Positions 1 through 9,248 of a stretch of 64,000 bases of DNA are shown in pieces. Numbering within the stretch: the first letter of the stretch is position 1; every line of letters starts with the position of its first letter. This stretch comes from Nitrospirota bacterium (GTDB lineage: Bacteria > Nitrospirota > UBA9217). A program made the translations under genes and the position numbers. Below the pieces are notes generated by a model. It ran no database searches. It was not told the origin of the DNA and was given only the letters and a program-made list of their open reading frames with translations. The stretch covers positions 64,001-128,000 of the forward strand of contig CAVWHO010000015.1 of the NCBI GenBank assembly GCA_963754875.1, written 5' to 3'.

Positions 1-1104
1 AGTGTCGATCTGGCTCAGCATGGATTTATACTGATCTACCAGACCCTGCAACTTTGAATTAGAGCCGCTGCCTGCAGGGATAACCGTGCCTTGAATGGAC
101 TGAGACGAAATAATATCCGTGTTGGCGATGTTTGTTCCACCGGTGGTGGTGAGTGCTTTAATGTTCAAGGTGTTACCGCTCACTGAAGCAACCTGGAACG
201 GGCCGATGGTGCTGCTCACAGTCGTATCTTTCCCGATTGAAGCTGCAAGGTTACTGGCGACCTGCGAGTTAGAATATAAGTGGCTGTCGTCTATTCCAAT
301 GCTGAACTTGTCCGCAGCTGCCGTTCCGGTGACCGCTGTAAACGTGGTGCTGCCGATCATAACCGTATCGCCAACCTTAACATTGTTAAGGGTGAGCATT
401 TCGGTCGCGAAGGAATTACCTACTCCGTTGCCTTTGACTATCGACACGTTCAGATCACTCGACGCCGTAATATCGGTGTTAGCGATGCTTGTTCCACCCG
501 TGGTGACGAGCCCTTTAATGGTCAGGGTGTTGCCGTTCACTGAATCAACCTGGAATGGACCGATGGTGCTGCTCACCGTCGCGTCTGCCGAGATTGACGC
601 AGCAAGGTTATTGGCAACCTGCGCGCTGGTATACAAGGTGCTATCGTTAGTACCAATGCTGAACTGGTCCGCAGCTGCTGTTCCCGTGACCGCCGTAAAC
701 GTGGTCTTGCCGAGGGTAATTGTATCACCCACCTTTATAGTGTTAAGAGTAACTGCAGCGGTATCGTATTGGCTGCCTGACGACCCCGTTGAACCGAGAC
801 CGGTGGCTGACTGGGCCAAAGCTTTGGCGGCGTTAATCAGGGTGGTAATGGACGAGATGCCCTGGTTCGCGGCCTGGATCGTCTGGATTCCATTGGACAT
901 GCCGTCTTTGTAGCCGGCGAGGTCCGCAGCGCGGTTGTTAAGCGCCTGAGCTGCGAAGAAGTTGACCGGATTGTCCAGCGCGCTGTTGACCGCCTTGCCG
1001 GTGGAAAGACGTTGCTGGGTTCTGTTTAGAAGAGTTACGGTTGACTGAAGACTTACGAGGTTTGCCCTCATTCCTGATGTTAATGAGATATCATTGATAG
1101 CCAT
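1..1104 (-). CDS. fliC: Flagellin, 5' part; runs off the left edge and is absent from the ORF track
   Basis: Manual translation from ATG 1104: MAINDISLTSGMRANLVSLQSTVTLLNRTQQRLSTGKAVNSALDNPVNFFAAQALNNRAADL...GIQTIQAANQGISSITTL (flagellin N-terminal domain). RBS AAGGAG and a perfect sigma28 promoter lie upstream. Confidence 0.93.
   Translation of the reverse strand, partial: MAINDISLTSGMRANLVSLQSTVTLLNRTQQRLSTGKAVNSALDNPVNFFAAQALNNRAADLAGYKDGMSNGIQTIQAANQGISSITTLINAAKALAQSATGLGSTGSSGSQYDTAAVTLNTIKVGDTITLGKTTFTAVTGTAAADQFSIGTNDSTLYTSAQVANNLAASISADATVSSTIGPFQVDSVNGNTLTIKGLVTTGGTSIANTDITASSDLNVSIVKGNGVGNSFATEMLTLNNVKVGDTVMIGSTTFTAVTGTAAADKFSIGIDDSHLYSNSQVASNLAASIGKDTTVSSTIGPFQVASVSGNTLNIKALTTTGGTNIANTDIISSQSIQGTVIPAGSGSNSKLQGLVDQYKSMLSQIDT
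111..750 (-). repeat. Internal tandem duplication in flagellin; copies at ~111-393 and ~468-750, period 357 nt (119 aa)
   Basis: TLNTIKVGDTITLGKTTFTAVTGTAAADQFSIG...VSSTIGPFQV vs TLNNVKVGDTVMIGSTTFTAVTGTAAADKFSIG...VSSTIGPFQV. The 357-nt offset holds at several anchors. Confidence 0.9.
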
Positions 1105-1232
1105 GGTATTACTCCTTTTTCTAAGGGTTAAATTTTTCCGGCATTCTTGCCGGCACTTGAAGGTTTCGGGTTGGCCTTTTTTTGCTTCACTCCTCCTTCC
1201 TGACCTGTTTGCCTTCTGCCTTCTTGACAGTC

Positions 1233-1259
1233 TTATCGGCCGAAGGTTAAAAAACTTTA
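1233..1259 (-). promoter_or_regulatory. sigma28 (FliA) promoter of flagellin
   Basis: TAAA-N15-GCCGATAA, exact consensus. Confidence 0.92.
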
Positions 1260-1322
1260 ATGAAGCCTTAATCCACTGGGCGAAAACCTCTTTTTATCAG
1301 TCCGTTTTTCGACTCCCTGGAC

Positions 1323-1349
1323 TAAAGTTTCGGCCAATTCTGACGATAA
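1323..1349 (+). promoter_or_regulatory. sigma28 promoter of the divergent signalling operon
   Basis: TAAA-N15-GACGATAA, one mismatch, upstream of 1401. Confidence 0.75.
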
Positions 1350-1400
1350 GAAGTACAGAGGTACGACCAGATGGCTCTGTCGGGCGCAGGAGGATGAAAC

Positions 1401-1598
1401 ATGACGGCCTTCCCATTTCAGATAAATGAGGTACATCACCTCTACAACAGGCTCTCGAAGCTCAAGCCGTCCACGATCCTCGAAAAAGACCAGGTCGAGC
1501 CTCAGGACGTTGTCCAAATCTCGGCAGAGGCGAAGAAGCGGCAGGTCCTCGACCAGGCAAGGTCCGAGGTAATGGAGCAAATACGGAAGACGCGATAG
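1401..1598 (+). CDS. Small flagellar-associated protein, DVU0524/FlgM-associated-like
   Basis: 65 aa with strong RBS AGGAGG; motif DVVQISAEAKKRQVLDQARSEVMEQI. Confidence 0.6.
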   Translation: MTAFPFQINEVHHLYNRLSKLKPSTILEKDQVEPQDVVQISAEAKKRQVLDQARSEVMEQIRKTR

Positions 1599-1607
1599 CA
1601 AGGATGG

Positions 1608-2216
1608 ATGAAGGCCGTGGAGAAAAAAAACTTCAGGATACTCGTCGCAGACGACGACGATATAGTACGTGATGTAATTACGACACTCCTTTTGAGGGAC
1701 GGGTTCTCTGTGACCTCGGCGAGTGATGGCCTCGAGGCAATCAATTTACTCAGGACTGAAGATGTCCATCTGGTCATTAGCGACCTGATGATGCCGGGTG
1801 TCGATGGTATCGAGGTGCTCAAGTTTGCCGTCCGGAGCAATCCTGACATCGCCGTCGTCATTCTTACGGCGTATGGGACCCTGGACACGACCCTTGAAGC
1901 CATCCGGGCGGGGGCCTATGATTATCTCACCAAACCGTTCAAAGCCCAGGAAATATCCATTCTTGCCGAGCGCGCCTTTCAGCGTTCACTGCTGATCTAC
2001 GACAACCGGGAACTGAAGAAGAACCTGCGCGATACTTACCGTGACCTGGGGCTGCTCAAAAACATCGTGGCAAGCAACAACCCGGAAGTGACGTCCGGCT
2101 GGCTTGAACGGATTGAAAAACTGAAAATCATGAACGTGCTTCTGGCGCAGGAAGCGGACGTGCTGAAAGAAAGGCTGGTCAAGGGATATGCACAGGAGCA
2201 AGATATTAATCGTTGA
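1608..2216 (+). CDS. Response regulator (receiver plus short SHOCT-like C-terminus)
   Basis: ILVADDD, SDLMMPGVDG, LTAYG, YLTKPF. Confidence 0.85.
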   Translation: MKAVEKKNFRILVADDDDIVRDVITTLLLRDGFSVTSASDGLEAINLLRTEDVHLVISDLMMPGVDGIEVLKFAVRSNPDIAVVILTAYGTLDTTLEAIRAGAYDYLTKPFKAQEISILAERAFQRSLLIYDNRELKKNLRDTYRDLGLLKNIVASNNPEVTSGWLERIEKLKIMNVLLAQEADVLKERLVKGYAQEQDINR

Positions 2217-3649
2217 TGACGACCCGCTCGTGCGGGATGTCCTTTCAGCTATTTTTTCTCACTCGGGAAACTATCGGGCCGAGCTCGCCTGCGACGGCAA
2301 CGACGGGCTGAAAAAAATCCAGGAAAGCGGACTTCGATGTGGTATTCACGGACATCACGATGCCGGAGATCAACGGCATTGATTTCATGAAAACGGCGTT
2401 CAAAATCAACCCCTCCCTGCCCGTGGTCGTCATTACCGGCAACGCCACCATCGAGAATGCAATCAACGCCATGCGGGAAGGGGCCAAAGATTTTATCACC
2501 AAGCCGTTCAACGTCTCGACCGTCACCTCCGTCGCGGACCGCCTCATCGGCGAACGGCGGCTGCTGAAAAAAATCGATTTTGGCGGCAACCGCGATTCCT
2601 TTATCGGCCGGCTGAATTCCGAGCTGTTCAAGCGCTTGCAGGAGATCAGCGTCCTCCAGTCCGTCAGCACCGAGCTTGACTCCCTGCACAACAATAAGGA
2701 GATTTATGAGAAGGTCGTCGAGCTGGTTTCGCGCCTCCTCATGGTCAAGGAGGTCTCCTTCGGAATCATCGAAAACGGCACGCTCAAAATCCGCGCAGCC
2801 GTCGGCGCGCCCGTACGGGACATCGTTGTTGCTGGCAGTCTGTTCGAGCACGTAGTAGCGACGGGCAAGCATTATCTCTCGACGTTCGGTGAAATCAGCC
2901 CCCATACGGGCGGGCCGCTCATGACGCCGTTCTTCGCGATTCCCTTAACCATCAACAACGAGGTGTTCGGCATCCTCAACCTTGCAAACAAGGCCGACGG
3001 CACTGCCTTCACCGACGACGAGATCTCGCTTGCGCTCACCTTCGTGAAAAAGGCGGCCCAGCGCATCGAGAACAACGCTCTCTACGAAGTATTCTATAAC
3101 AACCTCATCAATACGCTCAAATCGCTTGTCAACAGCATCGAGGCGAGGGACTCTTATACCAAGCAGCATTCGGAGCGCGTGACGACCTATGCACTTCGGA
3201 TCGCCGAGACCATGCACCTTCCCGCCGAAGACCGGGACGCGCTCGGGTTCGGCGGGTATCTGCACGACATCGGCAAGATCGGCGTTCGCGACACGATCCT
3301 GCTCAAGCCGGACAAACTCACGCCCGAGGAACGGAACGAAATCAACTTGCATCCGGTCATCGGCGGGAATATAATTAAGCCCCTGCGGTTCTTTCCCAAG
3401 GAACGGGAACTGATCCTCCACCACCATGAGCACTTTAACGGCAGCGGCTATCCTGACGGACTCTCGGGTACGGACATACCGGTAACAGCGCGGATTCTCG
3501 CCGTTGCTGATGCCTATGACGCGATGACATCGTCGCGTCCCTATAAACAGGCGCGTACGCACGAACACGCGGCTGCCGAACTTTTGCGGAACTCCAACAC
3601 GCAATTCGACGGCAAAATCGTACGGGCTTTTTTGCATGGCTTTGCATGA
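2188..3649 (+). CDS. REC-GAF-HD-GYP c-di-GMP phosphodiesterase (one frameshift near 2325)
   Basis: ILIVDDD start in ORF 2188 continues in ORF 2339: TDITMPEING, HSERV, LHDIGKIG, HHEHFNGSGYPDGL, DAYDAMTSSRPY. Confidence 0.85.
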
Positions 3650-3745
3650 CCGGTGAGGCTGTTACGTGACAATTATTCCATATTTTCATTGCATCTTCGG
3701 TGCGAACGATTTTGATAGTACGCAGACCTGGAAAGGGAGGACACC

Positions 3746-4511
3746 ATGGGGTTACGCCCCGGAGATAAAATCAGTTATAGACTGATGCCGGATATTGACC
3801 TCTACAGTGCCACCGTGCAGTTTGTAGACGAGAAGACCATGGAACTCCGGATGGATGCCGATGCTCCGGCCGTTGTCAAAAGCGGGCAATACGTCATGAT
3901 CAACGAATTGGACACCGATATCGAGCACTACTCCGAAGTGACTTCCCGGGACGGACAAACACTGCGGTTGCGGCGGATGTGGACCGGGAAGCGCGGCTTT
4001 TTCCGGGTGGACGATGTATTTCCCGTCATTTACCGGATCGCGACGTAGAATGCAAAGACCGGTGGACGGAGTCCCGCATCTTTTCCGGATTCGGACCGGG
4101 CGTGGATGAGCTCGAACGTGCCCGATGAGACGGTCAGCCCCAGGGTCTGGAAAATGCTCGTCGACATCAATGCCAAGCTCGAGCTGGTCCTGGAGAAGCT
4201 CAATCTGGAAAACGAAGGGCTCACCCAGTGCGGAAAGTATTCCCGTGAATATCAGCGCGTCGGGAATCCGTTTTTCTCTGGACCACCCGGTCGAGATCGG
4301 GAGTACTCTTCGAACTCAAGATGCTGCTTCCGGTCTATCCCCCCGTCGGGGTCCTTGCTCACGGCGTCGTGGTCAGGGTTGAAGCGCCGGATGAGCGGCA
4401 GGTATGAAACATCGCTGCGCTTTATCGACCTCGTTGACGAGGTCCGCGATGTCATCATCCAGTACACACTCGAAGCGACAGCGGGAGATCATCCGGCGGC
4501 AGCGGGATTGA
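3746..4511 (+). CDS. PilZ-domain protein (several frameshifts)
   Basis: Joined fragments give KRGFFRV (RxxxR), VNISASG (NxSxxG) and C-terminal VRDVIIQYT..RQREIIR. Confidence 0.7.
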
Positions 4512-4519
4512 TGCAAAGC

Positions 4520-5277
4520 ATGGACAGAGCGACAGCTTTATAGGGATCATGTTCGGGCTCGGGGCCATTATCGGCGGCAACCTGCTGGAAGGCGGCAGGA
4601 TCGATTCGATCCTCCAGCCGACGGCCGCGCTCATCGTTTTCGGCGGGACCGCCGGGGCGACGTTTCTCAGTTTCCCGTTCCGGGACGTGCTCAAGGCCAT
4701 TGCCTCCCTTCGCTTTGTGCTGTTCAGTGATACGCGGGACCGCAGAAAGGTGATCGCGAGCATCATACGGTTTTCGCAGATCGCGCGCCGCAGCGGGTTC
4801 GTTGCCATCGAATCGGAGATCAACAATCTCGACCACCCCTTTTTCAGAAAGGCGCTCGCCCTGGCGACGGCCGGCATGATTCCCAAACTGCTCGTCGAAA
4901 CCACGGAGCAGATCAACAGCACCTTCGAGGACGAAAGCAGACGGATCGCCAAAGTGTACGAGACCGCCGGCGGTTTTGCGCCCACCATCGGCATCCTCGG
5001 CGCCGTCCTCGGCTTGATCCACGTCATGGAAAACCTGTCCGATCCAGCGAAGCTTGGAGCAGGTATCGCCGTAGCGTTCGTGGCGACCATATACGGCGTG
5101 GGTTCGGCAAACCTGATCCTGCTTCCCATAGCGAAAAAGCTCATTCACCGGTTGAACCGCGAGCTGGCGCTCCGTGCTATGATCATTGAAGGGGTCATCG
5201 GGATCCAGTCCGGTGTCAACCCGCACTACCTCGAGGAACGGCTCAAATCGTTCATGGAAGGAACTGACAGGGATTGA
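4520..5277 (+). CDS. motA: Flagellar stator A subunit, set 1 (frameshift near start)
   Basis: MDRATAL..GLGAIIGGNLLEGG, QPTAALIVFGGT, GGFAPTIGILGAVLGLI, AVAFVATIYG. Confidence 0.88.
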
Positions 5278-5282
5278 CGGCC

Positions 5283-5977
5283 ATGCACAAGAAACGTAAA
5301 ATAGAAGAAGAGGAGAACCAGGACCGGTGGGTCGTTTCCTACGCCGATTTCATCACTCTCCTTTTCGCCTTTTTCACGACGATGTACGCCATCAGCCACG
5401 TGGACCTCGGCAAGCTGGAACGGTTCTCCGGCTCCATGAAGTCCGCGTTCAAGACCTCTGGCGCGGGAGACCTCGTCAAGGGCACGGTCATCAACGGCAT
5501 CAGGCCGATCAACTATGCGGACATCGGCCTGGAAAAGGACGTTCTGGCAGAACTCAAAAAATTTGGTATAATTGAAGCCATTGCCGTTGTCCGCGACCAG
5601 CGGGGCGTTTTGATCTCGTTCGGGGATTCTCTCTTCTTTGAGAGCGGGTCCGCTGAATTGCGGCGGGAGTCCCGGCCCTTTCTTTCATCGGTCGCATCTC
5701 TCATTAAAAAGTACCATCGCGATGTCCTCATCGAGGGGCATACGGACAACCTGCCCGTTCACAATTCGACCTATTCGTCGAACATCGAGCTGTCGTGCCG
5801 GCAGGGCGTCGCGCGTCTATGCTTTTCTGGTGAGCGAGGAAGGGGTCAATGCGGGACCAGATGGGCGTGGCCGGTTACGGTGAATACCGGCCGGTTGAAT
5901 CGAACGCAACACCTGAGGGACGGGCGCGTAACAGGAGGATAGATATTGTCTTTGTCTCAAAAAAGGACGGGACATAA
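5283..5977 (+). CDS. motB: Flagellar stator B subunit, set 1 (frameshifts near 5800-5860)
   Basis: WVVSYADFITLLFAFF, IEGHTDN; NRRIDIV in a shifted frame. Confidence 0.85.
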
Positions 5978-7461
5978 CGTGCTCTTCATCGAATACAGCC
6001 GGGAGAGGTGTGATCGCATACGCTCTGTCTTCGAGAAGTGCCGGGGGCGATCGAAAAAATCGACTGTGCTCCCATCGCCGGAAGCCGCGTTCACGGTCAT
6101 ACGACAGGAGGCCGTCGACGCTGTATTCGTGAATCCTGCTGAACATGATTTGGTTGCCGGCCGAATTCGTGAAGACACTGACGCAGACTGCGAGGCCGGT
6201 CCCCGTGATCATGGCGCTGCCGCACGTCGACGATGACGCGGTGCTGCGGATGCTCCAGGCCGGCGTCCTCGAATGCGTGGCTGCCGATGCGGTGGATGCC
6301 TACCCTGCTGCCGCCCGGCGCGCTATAATCCGCTTCGAGGCTGCGCGCAGCAACGCGGAGCACACCGAGGCCATCCTGCGCAGTCAGATACAGTGGATGT
6401 CGATCATCGACGCCATTACCGACTACATATTCGTGCTCGACAACGCACACACGCTCGTGAACGTCAATCATGCCTTTGCCGAGGCGATCGGCAAGCACCC
6501 GCGCGAAATCGTCGGCAGCAGGATTTCGGACGTCTTCGATCTCGATGTTCCCAGCGAATCGACCCGCTCCGCCGTTCTCGAAGACAGCACGCCCCGCACC
6601 TATGAAAAAAAGATCGGCGAGGAAATCTATCAGATCAGCGTATTCCCTTTGCTGGAGGACAATCGCCCGCTCACCATTCACGTGATGAAAAACGTCACCG
6701 AGGTGAGAAGGCTGAAGGACCAGCTCTACCATGCCGACAAGCTCGCCTCGATAGGACTGCTGGTCTCCGGCGTCGCCCATGAAATCAACAACCCGCTGAC
6801 GGGGACCATCGCCTATACCGAGCTGCTGTCCATGAAAGTCAGCCGATGAGGGCGTCAAGGCCGAGCTGAAAAAAATCCTGGACAGCGCCGAACGGTGCAA
6901 GAAGATCGTGGACAATCTCCTGACCTTCTCCCGGCAGCGCACGCCGTCGAAGAGCCTTGAATCCATCAACGACATCATCGACCGGGCCATCGATCTCCGG
7001 AGCTACTGGCTCAAATCGAACAACATCCAGATCGTGCGGGAGTACGACCCCGTTTCCACGGTGTTCGTCGACGCCCAGCAGATCCAGCAGGTCGTGTTGA
7101 ACCTGCTGCTGAATGCGGAGCAGGCAATCGTCGGTTCGGGCCAGACCAAGGGAGTTATCACGTTCCGCACGCGGTCAAACAAGGAATCCCGCAGTGTTAC
7201 CATCCAGGTCATCGGACAGCGGACCCGGGCGTGCCCCAGAAGGTCGCTTCAAAAATATTCGACCCCTTCTTTACGACCAAGCCGGTGGGCGTCGGCACCG
7301 GACTGGGGCTCTCGATTTCACACGGCATTGTCACCGAACACGGCGGGACGATCCGTTTCACAACGCCGAGCAGGGGGGGCGCGGTGTTTACCATCGAACT
7401 TCCCACGGGGTGCTGCTCCCTCGGGGGCACGAATACTAAGGAAAGCAGGCAGGTAGAATAA
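5946..7461 (+). CDS. Degenerate receiver-PAS-histidine kinase (about three frameshifts)
   Basis: Fragments give [28 protein letters not shown] and FDPFFTTKPVGVGTGLGLS. Confidence 0.75.
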
Positions 7462-7463
7462 CC

Positions 7464-8321
7464 ATGTTTGTCATCATCGGCATCGTCGTTGTGCTCGGCT
7501 CAATCATCGGCGGGTATCTCATGGAAGAGGGCAATCTCAGCGTCCTGTTCCAGCCTGCCGAAGTCGTGATCATTTTCGGCGCTGCGCTCGGCTCGTTCTT
7601 TATCAGTTCGCCGGGAAAAGTCGTAGGGCTGGTTTTTAAAAATGTATTTTCCGTCATTGCCGCAAAGAACCAGAGCAAGGCAAAGTACCTGGAGCTGCTC
7701 TCGCTTCTGTACCAGCTCTTTTCCAAGATCCGGAAAGAGGGGCTGGTGTCGATCGAATCGGACATTGAAAATCCGCCGAAAAGCCCGATCTTCCAGAAGC
7801 ACTCCGGACTGCTCTCGAACCACCATGCGCTCAATTTTATTTGCGACAACCTCAAGGTGATCATCACGGCGAACATCCCGCCGCACGAGCTTGACAACCT
7901 CATGGAGATCGAGATCGACACACACCACCATGAGGCCATGATACCGTCGCACAGCGTCGCAAGGATCGCCGACGCCCTGCCGGGTCTCGGCATCGTCGCG
8001 GCGGTCCTGGGCGTCGTGCTCACCATGGGCAAGATCTCCGAACCGCCCGCGGTCCTCGGCCACTCGATCGGCGCGGCCCTCGTCGGCACGTTCCTGGGCG
8101 TGCTCATGTGCTACGGCTTTGTCGGCCCCATGGCCGCCAACCTCGAACACCAGGCCCGCGAGGGCGGCACTTTTTTCCAGGTCATCAGGGTCGCACTCGT
8201 TGCGTTTGTGGGCGGCTCGGCGCCCCAGATGGCTGTTGAATTCGGCCGACGGGCGATCCCGGACAAGGAAAAACCGACGTTCGACGAGCTGGAGAAGCTG
8301 GTGAGGGGCAGGGTGAAATGA
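7464..8321 (+). CDS. motA: Flagellar stator A subunit, set 2 (E. coli MotA type)
   Basis: LFQPAEVVIIFGAA, ADALPGLGIVAAVLGVV, GAALVGTFLG, AVEFGRR. Confidence 0.93.
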   Translation: MFVIIGIVVVLGSIIGGYLMEEGNLSVLFQPAEVVIIFGAALGSFFISSPGKVVGLVFKNVFSVIAAKNQSKAKYLELLSLLYQLFSKIRKEGLVSIESDIENPPKSPIFQKHSGLLSNHHALNFICDNLKVIITANIPPHELDNLMEIEIDTHHHEAMIPSHSVARIADALPGLGIVAAVLGVVLTMGKISEPPAVLGHSIGAALVGTFLGVLMCYGFVGPMAANLEHQAREGGTFFQVIRVALVAFVGGSAPQMAVEFGRRAIPDKEKPTFDELEKLVRGRVK

Positions 8322-9124
8322 CCGATCAGAAGCAAAAGATCATTATTAAAAAGGTCAAGAAAGTCTCCGCGGAAGGCGGGCACGGCGGAAGCTGGAAGGT
8401 CGCCTACGCGGATTTCGTCACGGCCATGATGGCCTTTTTCCTGCTCCTGTGGCTCCTCACGATGACTTCGCAGGACAAGAGGGTGCAGCTTTCCAACTAT
8501 TTTAAATTTTTCTCCATTTTTAAAGCGAGCGGCACATCGTTCATGGGCCAGTCGAGCGAGATGTTCAAGCTGCCGAGTGAAAACGAACGGAAGGTTCCCC
8601 AGGAAACGCAGGGCACAGTCAAGTCAAGTCCGGAAGTGTTCAAAGAGGCGATCAAACAAGCCATCGAGGAAAAGCTCGGCGACATCAAAGACCAGATTAT
8701 GGTCGATGTGTTCGAAGGGGGCGTGCGGATCCAGCTCGTGGACAAGGAGGGAAAACCCATGTTCGATCTCGGGTCCTCGAAGCCTACACCGCTTGCATCA
8801 AGGATCATGCAGGTGATCGGCGAGCAGATCAAGAACCTTCCCAATCCGGTTTCCGTCGAAGGCCATACCGACTCCCTGGCATACAAGTCCTCAACCTATG
8901 GCAACTGGGAGCTTTCGACCGAGCGCGCGCTTGCCGCAAAGAAGCAGCTTGAAGAGTTCGGTCTGAACCCCGCTCGCCTCACCCGGGTCGCGGGCTATGC
9001 CGATACTGTCCCCCTTGTCAAAGAAAATTCCGAAGACCCCCGCAACCGGAGGATCAGCATCATATTGCTGTTTCCCGAGGCCCAGGCACAGCCTGCCCCC
9101 CCGGCTCCGGCTCCACAACCTTGA
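8318..9124 (+). CDS. motB: Flagellar stator B subunit, set 2
   Basis: HGGSWKVAYADFVTAMMAFF, EGHTDS, NWELSTERA, NRRISI. Confidence 0.93.
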   Translation: MTDQKQKIIIKKVKKVSAEGGHGGSWKVAYADFVTAMMAFFLLLWLLTMTSQDKRVQLSNYFKFFSIFKASGTSFMGQSSEMFKLPSENERKVPQETQGTVKSSPEVFKEAIKQAIEEKLGDIKDQIMVDVFEGGVRIQLVDKEGKPMFDLGSSKPTPLASRIMQVIGEQIKNLPNPVSVEGHTDSLAYKSSTYGNWELSTERALAAKKQLEEFGLNPARLTRVAGYADTVPLVKENSEDPRNRRISIILLFPEAQAQPAPPAPAPQP

Positions 9125-9199
9125 GCGGGTTAAAACGCAGCCTCTCTTTTTACCCGTTGCGAGGCATTCCTCACCTGCACTTCGTTCTCTCTCCTCCGA

Positions 9200-9248
9200 A
9201 CTCTGAGCTTCGCACTTTGTACTCTGTACTTTACACTGCACTTTGAAC
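9200..9248. repeat. Intergenic degenerate heptamer tandem repeat (ACTYTGW)
   Basis: actctga..actttgt actctgt actttac..actttga between convergent genes. Confidence 0.65.

Noticed and set aside
119..913. 264-aa plus-strand ORF with internal repeats
   Set aside because: Antisense shadow of the flagellin gene.
1160..1220. GGCAAAC...GCAAA in the flagellin leader suggesting a c-di-GMP-I riboswitch
   Set aside because: No P2 stem with GNRA loop and no pairing between the motifs.
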